Shown here: positions 63,481-64,000 of the stretch, one piece after another
Numbering within the stretch: the first letter of the stretch is position 1
How the letters are laid out: each line of letters begins with the position of its first letter
NCBI GenBank assembly: GCA_049322215.1
Contig: JBMORU010000001.1
Span: 65,357-129,356 of the forward strand
Reading direction: 5' to 3'
DNA from: Patescibacteria group bacterium
Lineage (GTDB): Bacteria > Patescibacteriota > WWE3 > UBA101185 > UBA10185
Length of the DNA: 64,000 bases
The notes under the pieces: model-generated
Told to the model about the DNA's origin: nothing
What the model saw: only the letters and a program-made list of their open reading frames with translations
The model's database searches: none
Program-made: the position numbers and the translations under genes

Positions 63481-63774
63481 ATGAGAACAATAAACGATCT
63501 GCTAGTTGTAACGCTTTTGGTTAATGACCTTTTGGGTTTAATAGAACCAAGCCTAGAAGAAAAATTAGGACAGCTCTCTGAAGAAGAATTCCGGTTTTTC
63601 CTGCAAGAGCTTGGCAAATTGGAAATTCCCAAAGCATTTTACCAGGTATTTCGCCGTAAAGGTGACAAATATTACCACATCGGCAGCTACTTAAGCTTTC
63701 TTCCCATAAAAAAGTCGGATGAAATTCTTATGGGAATCGCTGATCAAGTGTTACTGATGCGCCAAAAAGCGTAA
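63481..63774 (+). CDS. Hypothetical orphan protein (second gene of the unit)
   Basis: 97 aa; GAGGT SD; followed by a long hairpin. Confidence 0.65.
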   Translation: MRTINDLLVVTLLVNDLLGLIEPSLEEKLGQLSEEEFRFFLQELGKLEIPKAFYQVFRRKGDKYYHIGSYLSFLPIKKSDEILMGIADQVLLMRQKA

Positions 63775-63783
63775 ACATTAAAT

Positions 63784-63842
63784 AGGCTGTATATATTTAT
63801 TGGAAATTAAATTCCTTAAAAGTATATACAGTCTCTTTTTTT
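63784..63842 (+). terminator. Long hairpin terminator
   Basis: AGGCTGTATATATTT...AAGTATATACAGTCT plus T7. Confidence 0.72.
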
Positions 63843-63876
63843 GCTTGAATTCCAAATCCAAAGAATGAGAGTTAAA

Positions 63877-64000
63877 TCATCTAGTTATTGGAGTTCCACT
63901 TTCATCAATACATTCAGGAATAAGGTAAGTAGAATACCCAGGATAATCTTGCAACATAGTGCACATAATTGCACCATTACCATCAGCAATTATTTTAACA
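63877..64000 (-). CDS. 3' end of a gene running off the window
   Basis: Open frame ...VKIIADGNGAIMCTMLQDYPGYSTYLIPECIDESGTPITR-stop. Confidence 0.45.
   Translation of the reverse strand, partial: VKIIADGNGAIMCTMLQDYPGYSTYLIPECIDESGTPITR

Noticed and set aside
62096-64000. Integrative island at tRNA-Asn
   Set aside because: Accessory-looking genes follow the tRNA, but no integrase or tRNA 3' repeat is visible before the window ends; unresolved.

Overview
Low-GC chromosomal window from a Patescibacteria/CPR bacterium. The 16S features and gene set suggest WWE3 or the Microgenomates group (inference). The housekeeping backbone includes clpC-like, rpsA, a broken-up rRNA locus (16S | NUDIX | inverted tRNA-Ile | orphan | tRNA-Ala-23S-5S), mnmA, a P-type ATPase, a Na/Ca antiporter, pilin-like genes, mutM, recF, an ATP-dependent ligase, an lgt-VKOR/pentose-phosphate/dsbA run, nth, ftsH, trpS, an xerC/D-like recombinase, a suf cluster and six tRNAs. 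Many backbone genes look leaderless, with a -10 hexamer 6-7 nt before the start codon. Main observation: about 12 self-contained units of one or two genes, mostly orphans, are scattered between backbone genes. Each has its own sigma70-type promoter, an AT-rich leader with a strong AAGGAG/GGAGG Shine-Dalgarno, and a long 3' hairpin. Eight carry a same-orientation motif, (A/C)CCTATAG(T/C) or a one-mismatch variant, at the promoter, and a weaker variant sits in the tyrosine recombinase promoter. This may be an undescribed regulon or a dispersed cassette-acquisition system; the sequence alone cannot distinguish these. Other notable items: a tRNA with a UAU anticodon on a Val-like body, a circularly permuted GH5-like domain, an Lgt-VKOR fusion, a stand-alone RnlA-like HEPN protein, an unconventional initiator tRNA, and 16S lacking helix 17. 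All calls come from reading the sequence by eye; no database searches were run.
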